DNA of 64,000 bases, from contig OZ024740.1 in the NCBI GenBank assembly GCA_964016885.1, positions 145,142,001-145,206,000 on the forward strand, written 5' to 3'. Below, in pieces: positions 41,831 to 56,600 of this stretch. The DNA is from Eledone cirrhosa. Its lineage: Eukaryota. Position 1 is the first letter of the stretch. The number at the start of each line of letters is the position of its first letter. The position numbers were made by a program, and so were the translations under genes. The notes below the pieces were generated by a model, which was not told the DNA's origin, searched no databases, and was given only the letters and a program-made list of their open reading frames with translations.

Positions 41831-44489
41831 GATCCTGCATTGGATTTGATGTCTGTATTATTAGTCAACACTTTCAGACTGCCTGTATTATCGGATTAAT
41901 ACAGCTCCCTAGCTTAGCTCTCTCCATACTATTGTCCAAGGGAAAGGCAAAAGCTGATACAACTTGGCACCATTGTTGTTGCAGCCCATTATATTTTCCA
42001 GCATCGTAAAAGTAAAGTGTCTTGCTCAAGGATACAACTGTGTTTCAGGAGTCGAACTCACAACCTCAGTCACAAGCCTACTACCCTTACAACTGAGATT
42101 TGAGGGAATTGACATCACCATTTCTCAGGAATGTGAACACTGGTTAACAGCTCCCTACACGCAGACTTGCTTCCAAATATTTTTTAAATGTCCCTTTAAT
42201 AAACTTAGCATCCTGATCTCTTATAAAACATTTTTCTCACTCGCCCTCTCCCACTCACCACCATAGCACAGTCCAATGGAAAAAGAGAACGTGATCTTGG
42301 AAACCTAACCACATCACCTACACACCCTCACATGCCAAATATCACTGACTGGAAAATAATATTCATAATCAACAAACTCAATGGAAATGCCCAACACCTG
42401 AATTGAGGATCCACTCTTGTCCCTCCTCATAGTGGTGTCACCGAGTCTGCTGTGAGAAGGGTTCCGCGTGGCCAACTGGCCTGTCCCTCTTCATAGTGGT
42501 ATCACTGGTCCCTTCGCATAGTGATGCCAGGCTCTAAAACTGTGGTTCCACACCTGTCCCTCATAGCAATGTCATCCAGTACCGGGCCCCAAAACTGTGG
42601 TAACGTTGTGTGATGGGTTTCACACGGCCGACTGGCCACCCAGTATCGGGGTGCCAAAACTGTGGTTATGCTGAGAGATGGGTTAGGTTCCTCGTATCGG
42701 TGCCATCCAGTACCGGGCTCCAAAACTATGGTTCCACTGTGATGGGTTGGGCTCCAGCAATATGGTTCCATTGTCCCGCCTCATAACGGAGCCATTCAGT
42801 TCCACACTGTAAACATGGTTGGTGTTAGGAAGGGCATCCAGCTGTAAAATACCCAGTCAAATTTACAGTCCTCACTAAAGCAATGTGCGACATATGGCCA
42901 ACCCTCGTCAGACCCATGTAAGTGTGGAAAAATTGACGTTAAACGGTGATGATAATGAAACCTTGAGAAGGCATTGCCACACTCTGTATTCTGATGGTTG
43001 TTAAGAAAATTAGTTGCCAGTGAATGATTTTTGTAGGTGTTCAGATCTAAGTTCTTACCCACTTCATATTTATCATAGTTCTCCAATCCATTACAGAACA
43101 GTTTCTAACTGGCTCCTATGACCTAATTTTTATAGATGAATCTGTCAAAGAATTATAGAATAAATTCTAAATATGAAAACAAAGCTTAAAATCAAGAAGC
43201 CCTAATTTAAATTTAAAAAAGACAAAAATGTTTACATTACTGGTGCATATTTGATTGACCCAAGAAGACGAAAGGCAAGGTCACTCTCTGTAGGATTTGA
43301 ACTCAATAATAACAACAACAACAATAGCTAAGTGGAATGTTAAGTTTATTATGATATGGAAAATGTTTGAAAATATTCTTTATTAGCTCTACTGCAAATT
43401 AGAAAGTATGACAATAATAAAAATCTTTTAACAAATTACAAAATAAAAAAATTATATACATATGATTTTACAGTTTTGGAGATTGCATAAAAATGTAACC
43501 ATCATTTTTCAGTTTTTAATGAAGAATACATGTAATTGTATCTTTATATTGTGTCAAACAAACTCCTCATTCTGAAATTTGATATGTTTCAATCAAAACT
43601 CGGATTTTTAACAATCTGTTTTACCTCATTTAAATTACTCACTACTTTACAGAATAAATATTTATTCTGTCAATTAAATAAACTTTTACGAGTCCTTGTG
43701 TTGATTCAAAATTCCAGTAAGAATTTATAGTCGATTATATAAACCTAAGTACTTGACTGGTACTTTATTTTATCGACCTCAGAAGAATGAAAGGCAAAGT
43801 TGCTCTTGGCAGGATTTGAACGATTTAAAAATATTACCATAGGTTTAGTTAATTATATTTTTATCAATCAAATATAGAGTTAATATTCTAAAATTGAAAT
43901 ACACAAATCAATATATTAAAATAATTAAAAGATTAAGTAATAATAATTTTATTTATATTAAATTATTAACTATTTAAACCCAAGCAAAATTCTTTATGAA
44001 TTTATTGATTTTATAAAAAGCTATTATAATATATATGCATAGTTATTGTTTTGTATTCATCTCTCCATGCTGGTGTAAATGGGATGGTTTTGGTAAATGT
44101 GGACGATTGAATAGTGTAGGAACAATTTTTACAGCTGGTTGTCTTTCCTTTTAAGTATAAAACAGGAGTGGTAATCATTGTCAGCCAGACTGACTGAGGC
44201 AAGCAAAGTTGAGTGTTTTGTGCAGGCGCAGAACATAATGGCTATAACAAGTCATAAGTATGACCATGCAGCCGTTTATGTGTTCTTTAAATATTTAAAC
44301 CAGGGATTTGATACATGCATTTACTTAATGCATATTAGATTCAATATTTCTGCTACTTCTTTATGTTTCAAAGTTGACATGAGGCAGTTATAGCAGAAGC
44401 CTTGATGGCAGTTCTTCCTTCATTCACCCTGTTTCGTGTAGACAAAAATTATAGTAAAAATAAAATTACAATTTTTTATATCAATTAAG

Positions 44490-44688
44490 TCACATTTTGT
44501 AAATATTTTCAGTGTGTGCAGCAATATTTGAAGTTTTAGGCAGAAGAAACTGTGGACCAATTTGTTCAAAACTATCCTCTGATGATGAACTGTCCCCAAG
44601 GTAGTCATCCCCATCATTTGAGTCATTGTGAAGATTTAAATTTACTTCAAGAAAATCTTGTATTTTGTGAGCAATGGCATAGTGATCA
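44490..44688 (-). CDS. CYBC1: CYBC1 last coding exon (199 nt to TGA)
   Basis: ttttttttacAG; SDHYAIAHKIQDFLEVNLNLHNDSNDGDDYLGDSSSSEDSFEQIG..ENIYKM*. Confidence 0.93.
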
Positions 44689-47600
44689 CTGTAAAAAAAA
44701 CAAAAAAAACATTTTTAATGACAAAAGTTTTAATATTTTTGCAACTACCTACTATCACATCTACCTCTAACAACTGTAAAAATTAATAAATCTTACTCTT
44801 GCTAACTCCATCATAGATATATGGAGTTTGACTGTTTAGTAATTAAATAACAAAAAGGAGGTAGCTGTAAAAGTAAAACTCACTATCTTCAATTCAGTTT
44901 TTGCCCTACCTTTTCCTATGGTCATGAGTCTTTGGTAGTGACTGAAAGAATACGATTGCAAATACAGGTGCCTGAAATGATAGTTTCTCAAAAAGGTCTC
45001 TAGAGTAACGTTATCAGCAGGGTGCAGAGCTTGGAGATCAGGGAGCCACGCCGGCTAGAGTTGCTATTTCACAGCTCTGGTACTAAGGACATGTGATTAG
45101 AATGTCTAGGAAAGCCAACTGGCAGGAGACACAGAGGTAGACCATGATGGTCAGATGACATCCATAACTTTGGTTGATCCTTGCTTCCAATAGGACTCAC
45201 TGGAAGACATGTTTGAAGACTCAGCCCCCAACAACCCTCTCAGGAAGAGTAGGAGGAGGAAGAAGTAGAAATCTTAAGGACACCTTCTTTATTCCCAGAC
45301 AGCAAAAGATATGTTTTTTCCTTTCATCAATTTTCTAAGCATGTTATTTTACAACAATCAGTATGTGGTTAAAATAAGAGAAGTTGTGTTGGACCAGATA
45401 CATGTCTCACCTCTAACAGTTGCTTCTAGCTAGTTTGGTATTTAAAAGAAAATACAGACTTGGCCCATTGTGTATTGGTTATAATGAAACATATATCTAA
45501 ATTATTCCAAGAACAAGTATCAATTCATCAATCACCCTGGGCATTGTTGTTACATACTATCTTGGGAATTAGAACTTGCAAGAGCCTATCCCTCACCAGG
45601 TGTGAACAGAGAGAGAAAGAGAATCAACTCAAATATTAGACAGATACTTTATTCATCCCAAAAGGATGAAAGGCAAAGTTGATCTTGATGGGATTTGAAC
45701 TCTGAGCAGGGAGAGCTGTAACATACAGTAAAACATTCTATCAGACATTCTAACAACTCTGCCAATTCACTGTCTTAGAACAAGTGTAAAATTATTTAAC
45801 TATAGCTGACAAAAAGTTCTGAATGAAATTATGAAAATGAATTTGTAGAGATTAGGTAGATGAAGGGAACAATGATTATCAAAATCATCATAATTTAATG
45901 TCCACTTTCCCTGCTAGCAAGGGTTGAACGGATTTTCACAGGCAGAGTCAGTACTGAAATGGAGCTACTGACCTCCCAGACAGTTCCATGTTCTACTGAG
46001 TGCATTTTAGGGTTGTCATGTCTGACACAACTGAAGGGTCTTCTTGACCCTTTGTTTGGCAAGTGTTTTATAACTGGATGCCCTTCGCATCACCAGCCAC
46101 TTTACAGCATGTACTGAGTGTGTTATCCAGTTGATCACCAACACTAGGGCGACTGTAACGTCTTTGACACAACTGAGAGGTCTCCTCAAATAGTTTCTAT
46201 AAACAGCTCAAACAAAAGGGAAATTCTCTTACTTTTCATTGCTTAGTCCAGAGGAAGCATAGAGCCTATGACTCTTTATAGGGCTTCCAAGATTGCTAGG
46301 AAGGAGGGATAAGGATATCTTTCAGTAAGATATCTGGCCCAAATCCTTGCAACAGAATGGATACTGCTTAAGGCATCCAAGAGCTATGTGGTGGTGTTAA
46401 ATCAGGTGATGGATTAAGTAGTAGGCCATGACAAAATGTGAACTTAGAACTGAAACAAACAGTCCAAGACATCCTATCTGGTGCTCTAACTATTGTGTCA
46501 GCCCACTGCCATAGATTACTCTTTACTTATTGAGCCTAGAAGGATTAAATGCAATGTTATGCAGGATTGGAACTCTTGAACATATTTGGGCATCAAAAAG
46601 AGAATAATTCTCAAAAAATGTGACATATTCTAAGTTGACACTCTAACATTTCTGCCAATTCATCACCTGATAGAAAATCAAGCAGTAAAATATTTGCCAA
46701 AGGATTGCATTTCTGTTTCACATGCTAACATGGGTGTTATGTATTTACAGGGAAAGATTTTTCCAACTGGATCTCGGGTTTAATGAGAATGGAACCTGCT
46801 ATCGCTGAGCAAAGAGACACATATATAAAAGAAAGAAGCAATAAAATGTGCAATTAATTAGTTATACAATAACAAACCTGCTGTCTCCTATTGTAAAGGA
46901 TTCTGTTATACCAATAATAGCACCAGCTGCCAAAAGAAGAACCACCTGGTTTCCTTTACCAAGATATTTCATCTCTCTTTCTTCAACACGTACACCAACA
47001 ATGTCATCTAGGCTGGCTTTCACTGAAATATCAATAAGGCTAGTGAAAGATCATATCTCCATGTCAAAGATAAGTGGTAAGACATCAGTTATCAAAGCAG
47101 TGGGAGCCAGACTAAAGCAGTCAATTTGGCAAAATCAATAGAACATTAGATATTTGTTTCTTGTCTCTGTGTTTAGAATTCAAATCCCACTGAGATTCAT
47201 CCTTTCAGGGGTTGATAAAAAAAAAGTACCAGCCCAGAGCTGGTATATCCCTCTAGATGTCACATCTTGGATGTTCTGCTGAATCAAAGGAAGGAGGATC
47301 GATAGGGTGTCTGCTCAAGACTACATACGCTCTGAAAACTTTTAGCAAATACTATTAAGTCATAGTTGACTGTGAGTAGCAGCTGTAGGGAATCAAAGTA
47401 ACCAACCAGTAAGATGGAACTGATACTCAAACTTTCTTCTGACATGATAAATATAACAATGTCAGTTAAGATGTGTAGCAGATTATTAAAGATTAGAGCT
47501 GTGTGGAAATGTTGGGAAATTTAAACCTTTCGTTACCATATTTCTAATGAAAGACTATCTATGATTCTCAAATAACTTTTTAAATCAAGATTTTGGGGGG

Positions 47601-50600
47601 ATTTAGTAAATCAACTAACTTTCTCATTATTAAGCTGATGTTTGTAACATAATTTAACAAAATTTCTTACATAAAATCATAAGGGAAGATTTAAAAATAA
47701 ATATAAACACTTTAAAACAGTTTTGCATTGTGGAACCAAAGTCAGATATCAAAAGGGTTAAGACAGTAAGACAAAGTCTTAGAAATACGAGGTAAGTACA
47801 ACAAATAAAGATAAAATTTCAGGAGAGGCATAAAAATATTATTCAATTAGAATGCTTTTTCATGATGAAGTAGGCTTTTAACGAAAGGTATAAAAATAAA
47901 GAAATAATTGTTTCTACTTTAGGCACAAGGCCAGCAATTATCCAGTACATTACTGGTACTTTATTTTAGAATAGATATGTTTGTCATTATCATAACAACT
48001 AAATAACCATGTTGTTAGAGGAGATAACATGAATATAATATAAGAAATAATAACGTGAATATAAGGAAGATAGGATTTTGGTTATATAGTTTACTTCACG
48101 TAAATTAAAAGGTACAATAAATAAGTTACCATAAGTTGCAAAGATTGACAATATTACTTTGTTATTGATGTGTAGACTGTTGAGGTCTGTTGTTGTTGGT
48201 GTTAAAACAGCGAGTTACAGATAATGGTTGTTTTTGTAGTTGGAATTTGAAGATCGTGGTAATAGTTGTGAGACCGTGTTAGTAAGATATGGTATGTATA
48301 TCTCTGAATGGTCTGTAATAGTTTGTAGACCACTGTGGCTTGTACATGGTCTGTATTAATAGAGGTTCCAATCTCTGTGTGTGTGTATCTGTAGACTTCA
48401 TGGGGTCTGTTGGTAGACCAAAGAGGTCTGTTGATAGCAGTAATCCTTACATAGTTAGTTGTATATCCTATCGCTTCGATGTCTCTGTGTGGAATCTCTT
48501 GTACATGGTCTGTATATAGCTGTCACTTCCTGTCCCCCAACCTGAACTTGTTAACACAATAAATGTGGTGACCTAAAATTTAACCTTTAGGTATCACCCA
48601 AAGTTCAAGGTGCGGACAGATTTCGCTACAGGCTTACATATAATGTATAAAGTGACTAACTGGCAACTTTCTATCTACCCTGGTTAGAATGCAGCAGTGT
48701 ACATGGTGGTACTAGTGTGATCCAATTCACCGAGATGTTAACACATGGCAAAATGCAGGGAAACATGGAGCGACATTACGCCTTCACATTTTGTGTTAAA
48801 TTTAGGAAAACCATGGAACGTTAAAGGAGGCCTATGGGGGTGAATTGGGGAGCAAAGCAAGTTTACACAGATGGTTTAAATGATTTTCAGGAGGAGATGA
48901 ACAGGTGGAGGATGAACGCAGATCTGGAGCATTGAACAGCCCAGATCTGGCTCTTTGTGACTTCCTTTTTCCACACATGAAAGACAGTCTTCGGGGAATC
49001 AGATTCGAGTTAACACAGGGGCTGAAAGAGGCATCAGCAAATTTCCTCATTACTAAAGTTTTAAATAATAATAATGTTTACTTACCAACATGTTGTTTGA
49101 GAAGTGGATATAGGAACCGTTGTAGAAGACTTCGTTTTTTGATGGTAAGCAGTCCAGTATTCTTTTCAAATATACAATCCTAAGAGGATGATAAAATCAG
49201 TAGAGTGACAGACAAAATGCTTTGCATATGTTTATGTTCTGAGTTCAAGTCCAGCTGAGATCAAATTTGGTTTTCATACTTCTGGGGTTGATAAAATAAG
49301 CACCAATTGAGAAATGGGGTCAAGCTAGTCAAATATACCCATCCCTGAAAATTTGTAGCCTTGATCCAATTAGAAACCAACATTTTACAAGTTTCAGGGT
49401 GATGGAGGGCAGAATTGGTAGGGCAGTGTTCAGTTATGTCTCGTTATACCTTAGAACATAAATTCAATGTTACCAAATTCTAGATGTTGAAACACATTAG
49501 ATGAAATCCTGAATTAAACAAAGAGGAACAAGAGCTTTATATCATAGGGAACAAATGAAATTTCCTATGAAACAGCTTATTGAAAGCTACAGATAAAATT
49601 TGTGACTGGGGCAAGGTAGCAGCCAGATGGAAAGTTACATGGTGGGTATCAGTACAGTAGATAGAGCAATAAATACTAAGAGGCACACTTAGAAAGTCTG
49701 GAAGGCAGAGGGCATCAAAAAACAATATCAAGTAACTAAAAGAGAAGCTGGACATCAAGTTTACTTAGCAAGTGAAGTAGAATATAAGTGGTTTGCTGAT
49801 GTTCTGTTATGTGAACATCAGAGGTGAAAGTTGTTCCATATTACAAGTCAGTATACTAGGGAGAATTGAGATAATGTAGGGAAGAATTGTGTATAAAATG
49901 ACAGTAGTATGCTTACTCTTACTGACACTGAAAAAAAAGTGGCATGGAAATGCCATTGTGAGAGGTTGCTGAATGAGGAGAATGCATGGGTGAATGAGGG
50001 CCTACTCCAAGTAGACCAAAGAGATCATCAGAATTGACAGCAGTATAATAGATAAAGCAATTAAGGATTCGAAGCTAAGAAAGGCAGTTGGCCCATAAGA
50101 GACAGTGATTATCTGATGGGGTAGAGCGTGGGCTAGTCACTCACCTAGTTAATCAAGTCAAGGTCATACAGGAAGATTGTCATATCTATTGACTAGCACA
50201 GCAGCAATTGCTCCAAAGCAAAAAGATACCCTAGAAAGAGGCAATTACAAAGGCATCAAATTGTTAGACCAGATCATGAATGATTAGGGAGAAAATTGGT
50301 CATGGTGAGATGCAGTTTCATTTTAAGCTATGGAGAAACACTACCAATTCCATCTTCTCAGTGAGACAACTGCAGAGGAAATACATAGCTAAGAGTAATC
50401 TCCTACATATAGCATTCATCAACCTAGAAAAGATGTTTGACAGAGTTCCAGACTCTATAATTTGATGGTCACTTTGGAAGCTAGGGATAGATAGGCTTGT
50501 GAGGGCAACGTATTTAGCATGCAAGTAGGAGTTCACCTAATCATAATCATCAGCTCCATCCTGTTTATTATAGTCTTCAAGTCAATACCAGAGGAAATCA

Positions 50601-53600
50601 TGACCAGTTGTCTGTGGGAACACTTCTGTGTATGCTGATGGTCTAGCCCTCATAGCAGAAACTGTGGAAGAGTTAGAGGAGAAATGCCAATAGATGGGAG
50701 CACTATCTGACATCAAAGGCTTTTAAAGTAAATCTTGCAAAGACTAAAATTCTTTAAGTAGGAAGGAAGATAGGACTCTGCTGCCACCAGGGAAATAGCC
50801 ATACTCAATTTACAGAAATGGAATAGGTAGGAACTCTATAGAGTATATACCCAGTGAGTAGAATAGGTGTAGTGGAACCGCAGGTAGGCTGACAGAGAAG
50901 GTATATTTCATATATGACAGGTGCACAGTCAACAGTAAGATTATTTGTGAAGTAACCCTACTCAAATGTGTGATGGTTGGAAAGGAATGAAGCATGCAAG
51001 CTCTCTTGTATATGTAATATTAATGTGCATGAACAATAGGACACAAGTAAGTTGAGAGAAAAGCTGAGTATAAGACGAATTGGATGTAGTGTGCAAGAAA
51101 GATGATTGCACTGGTACAGACATGTGATGTGGAAAGCGACAGAAATGTCTACTCTTGAAGTAAATAGAATCTGTGGAAGAAGAAGACCAAGGAAGACATG
51201 AGATGAAGTTTTAAAGTATGACCGCAATCAAATGTACAAGCACTACAACACTCAAAGTAAATATGAGAAAATAGAAACCGCATGAAGTGGAGAGGTCATT
51301 CTTAGCTTTGCAGTGAAGAAGAAAACCTCTCTAGTGTTAGTGACATGATAAAACACCTAAAAACCATGGCAAAATGTGTTGGAACAATCACATGGACCTC
51401 ATATTTATTTCAATATGGTACTTATTTTACCGATCTTTATTTGCTAAACGACTATGATAAGGACAAAGGCAAGATCCCAGATGTGGGCACACATACAACT
51501 ACCAGAGAATGTAGAGGTTAATGGTAAAACAAAGATTGGGGGAATTGAAAAGAAAAATGAAATTGGAATGTTCTTCCTTCTTTCCGGTCAACACTAGGTA
51601 GCCATTTAATATGTATATATAGTATAGATTTTAATTTGTTATGCAAACAAAATTAGAGTACTCGATATATATAATAGTTAAATATTTAATCTAGTTATGG
51701 GGCATAACTCCCTACTCATCAATTATAGTTTGGGACAAGTTATTTCCCTTTGTATCACTAAAAACAAATATGTCGAATGGGATTTGAGAATAGAAGAGGA
51801 AGCTGAAGTTATATCTAATATAATGTGTTGCAGTACTTGTTAAATATAGCTGACTTAGTGTGAATATGTTGATTCATTCAGTCACTTTGATAAATATCTA
51901 GTGAAAAACTGTAAAGTTATAAACCACTACATGACTGAATAGATTAACATACTCACTTTTTCCTCAGCATAAATATTTACGATCTCATGAATTCAAATTT
52001 CTAATTATATACAAGCTACATATTTGCAAACATACCTCTTTGTTTCTTAATTTCAGTAAACTTAAGGAAAACATTCAAATTCCCAAAAGTTATAATTAAC
52101 AAGTATTGCAACACATTATATCATTTACCATGGCTCTCATGAATCTACAACAAAGCAATTGTTTCAGATCAACGTATGAGCTTAAATCAAAGTTTTTTTA
52201 CTAAAGAAATACAATTCTAATGTATAGTTTGGCTTACTTTCTTTTTGGTCCACGAAGATATTGTATATAAAAAAACAAGGTGTTTGCATCTGACTATAAC
52301 ATACAGAGTTGGCTAAAATCTATAGATGTATTCTGCAGTACAATATAGCAGACGACACTCGACCCAATACGGGGGAGTTCGACCAAGGTGAGTTCTTTGT
52401 GGGGAAGACGCCCCCGATAGGCTCATTGGGTCTAAAACAAAGTATGGGAAGTCGTCTCGAAGGCGTCTGGGGTCGGCGGAGTTTTTCTCCGGGTGTATTG
52501 ATAGAGCGTAAACTGGCTTGTACAACCGAAACAGACAAGCGGCTCTGGCCGCGATCCCGACAAGTCACGACAGATACCCACTGAAACAAAACATTAAGGC
52601 AATAATAATTTATATATATCATTATCATCATAATTTCTCCATTATGACATGGGTTAGATGGTCTTACACATCATACCAACTATAACTATTGTTTGGTATC
52701 TGACACATAGCAACAAAAAACATCCAACAATTTTGTTACTGTGTGTGTCATGTTTTGGGGGTTAGGTAAGTGAGTGAGGCAGACCCGGTTTTTATGGTTC
52801 GATGCTACATGTTAAAAAGTTATTCTGTAAAAGTAAGACAGCAAGGATTAGCCTTGAGGGCTGCATGACACGCTTTTCTATATTTACTTATTGTCTTCAC
52901 CAACTCCTTTGCTTACATTTCCACCATCATTTTTAGTTATCATTCTCTGTGATTACCCTCATCCGACAGACCATTTTCATTTCTAGTCTTTTCAGATTCC
53001 ATGTTCATCATCTGTCTCACTCCCATAAATCATAGCACTTCTCATACATGCAGCATACATCATTCCCTTTAGCTTCCACATCACTCTAGTGCAATTTCCA
53101 GAACATCCTCTAGATACTGTTGCAGTTTGATCCACCCTCTCCATTTAACATGTCTCCAAGGTATTGAAAGTTTTTTTAACACCTTCCATCTTCACACCAA
53201 TTCCAAGATCCAGTTCAATATCCTCTCCATCAGCAGCTTTCTCCATACTTTACACTTATATGTAGTTGCCAAATTATTTAACAATCCCTTCATACCACTA
53301 CATTTTCCATTTACCCACCCAGTGCATGTAATATATTTAATAGAGTTCACCCAACACCCTTCCTGCAAACAGCCACCTTCCTGTCATTAGAACTCACCAA
53401 ATGTTTTACTACTTTCTATCACCTTCATCCTTCCAATATTCACCTTCATACCTTTTGGCTCTACACATTTCTTCTACTGATTCTTCTCCTTCAATCCATC
53501 CATTCTCTGTTATTAACATAAGGTTATCTGTGTACAGGAACTCCAATGGTAAACCCTCCTTTACACTTCAAATTTGTCTCTGTTCTCATCCTTCATCCTT

Positions 53601-56600
53601 ATGACTGTATGCACTTTCTCGTACATTGTTATCATGTGCCCATGTTTCTATATGTCTAACACATGTGGGCATGCCAACAAAGTCAGAAAACAGCACAGCT
53701 CCTATGACTTTCGGAAACATTTTTTCACGCTCAGAGTTGCTGAAGCATGGAACAAACTACCTGCATCAGTCATTAGCTGTCGAGACACTGCATCCTTTAA
53801 AACCTCCATGCTTCCTGAGATTCGCCAACACTACACCTAATATTCCCCCTCCATACACATGCACACATGTATATCACGACTCATACACTTCCTGACATTT
53901 GTATATTATTCTATGTACTATACATGCACCTTTGATGAGTTGTAGTGCACCTGAGCACTGTACACAATAATTTCATTATTATTATTATCACTACTCTAAC
54001 CAACCATTTCTCCACTCGTAACTCTCCCAATACCCATGTCATTACTTCACATGGAACTCTACTGAAAATTTTCTCCATATCAACAAACCTAAAAAACAAA
54101 TTCTTCTTATTTTTGTATTTCTACAACTGCTGCACAATAAAAATTGCATCAGCCATTCCTTTTTCCAGCACAAATCCAAACTGCATTTCATCAATCTTTA
54201 CTTTTTTACTTACACACTTCTCTAAAACTCTTTTCAATACCTTCATTTCATGTTCCAACAACTTAACCATGTATACCCCACCTAGAATAGATACTCCAAT
54301 ATCTCTACATGTCGTCATAAGGGGCAGTTAAAAGAGTTGACACCAAGATGATCATCCGGTTATAAAACAATGCCTCAAAAAGGACCTCATGACAAGCATA
54401 TAAAATTATCCAGTAAAAATAAAAGAAAACATGCAGACTATAGGTGGTCAACAGAATCTGCTGCTAAGCCACTTACAAAACATCTTAGTAAAGTATGTGA
54501 AAGTGCTGAAACTTGTTTTTTGTTTTTTATCTTTTCAAAATTTTCAAGTCAAAATTTAGGTGTTTTCAAACAGGCACATCCTTGACGCTAGGAAATATGT
54601 TAAGTTTATAGGAAAAGGAAATAAAGAAAAACAGATTAAAATATGGTAAAAATAGATGAACATGTATTATCAACTAACCTCCCAATCTTCCATTGCAGTA
54701 AGACCAAGCAGGAGAGCTCCCAGTAACCAAAAGATTTTCCACATAAAATGATCTGAGAAAACAAGAATTTTATAGATTTGTTGCAGTACAACAAAAGTGT
54801 GTGTGTTGAAGATGTAAGTCATAGAAAATTACTACAGATGTGACACAGTCGTGAGTAAAGATGGGCATGTATGTGTGAGTAACAGAGATGTTGTTGTTTA
54901 GTCCCAGGTCTGTCCTGATCAAACAAACTTGTGATCAAAGGCATTCAGCTCATGATCATCTCAGGCATTGTGAACCCCAGACTTCATTATCCAATGTGTA
55001 CTTTTTTTTTAGAATGTAGTGTGAGATTTGGTTGCTATTTTACCAGGTTGAATGAACTCATATGTGTCCTTTTAAGCTTATAGTAGTAGTAGTAGTGATG
55101 GCAGTATCAGTAGGGGGTCGGACGCCATGCTTTGCAGTATAGAGTCACAGCAATTTACAGTCTGAGTTCAAATCCTGCCGAGGTTAACTTTGTCTTTCAT
55201 GCTTACGGGGTCGATAGAATAAAGTACCAGTAATGCACTGGAATAATTGTTGGACTTGTGCCAAAAATAGAAACAATTATTAATATTATTATTTTTGGCA
55301 GTATCAGTAGTGTCAGACAATTCTTTGCAGCATAGAGTTATGGTCCTTTATACTCTGGGTCCAAATCCCGCCGAGGTTAACTTTGTCTTTCATCTTTACG
55401 GGGTCAATAAAATAAAGCACCAGTAATGCACTGGGGTAATTGCTAGCCTTGTGCCAAAAGTAGAAACATTATTAAGGCTTTTTTAACCCTTTTGATACCA
55501 ATCCACCCAAAACTGTCTCTGGTTCTATTAAACAAAACCACACATTTTAAAGGGTTCCTTTTTAAATTAAAACCTTTCAACATAATTTTATATAAAATCT
55601 TTTGTCAAGTAATGTTAAAATAGTATCTTAATGAAATAATTAATAATTTTAGTAAATCCCTTCAAATTCTTCATTAATTAATTGAAATATAGTGTATGTC
55701 ATTAGAAATATGGTAATGAAAGGGTTAAATGAAGTGTTTTGTCCCACAATATTTCTATACTAATTTAGATGGGAGCTGGCCTAGATTTGAATGTCTGGTA
55801 TCTGGATGATGCTTGTTAGGAGGGTCCTCTAGATAAGGTCCTTGTAACCGCAAAGACGATGATTGAGGAACTAGGTCATAGGGGCCTTCCCATCAACAGC
55901 TGCAAATGTTAGCTCTGGCTCCTCAACCACCCAGCTTCACATCAGCAGAGAGTTGACCTGTTTACAAAGTCCTTCCTCTCTATTGCGGTTCCGTCTTCAT
56001 CAGCGTGGTGCTCCCTTGGAGCCCCAATTACTAACCAAGCCTTCAAGTCCATTGTTCAATCTAAGTTGTATAACCTTGAGTAACTTTTAAAAAACCTTGA
56101 GGACATTGAGCCTCACCAAATCTTTTTTATGTTTAGGAATTAGAGGTTAATTGTTAGTATAATTATATTTATCACAGAACACTGAACAGTGTGTATCTGA
56201 TTTAGAATAGGTACACCAAGAGCGTAATAGCTAGAATAAAGATAGGATGAAAGAAGTTTACTCCTACTGTTGACAACAAAAGGTTTCTTTGTATGTACAA
56301 AAGGATGTCTGTATGATGCCTGTGTGTGAAGTGTGATGCTGTATGGTAGTGCAAATTTGACAGTTACTGCAGAGGACATGCATAGGTTGGAGAAAAATGA
56401 AGCAGGTTTGCTTTGTTGGATGTGCAATGTAAATGTGAGAAAAAGGCAGAGCTTGGATGAAATGAGGGAGAAACTGTGTCTAAGAGGAATCCGAAGTGGT
56501 GTGCAAGAGAGAATACTGCATTGGTACAGGCATGAGGTGTGCATGGATGATGACTGCTGGATGACGAAGTGGCAGGTAATCCCAATGGAAATAAGCTGCA

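Noticed and set aside
42527-42770. CRISPR array
   Set aside because: Eukaryotic context, degenerate repeats, spacers share sub-motifs, no cas genes
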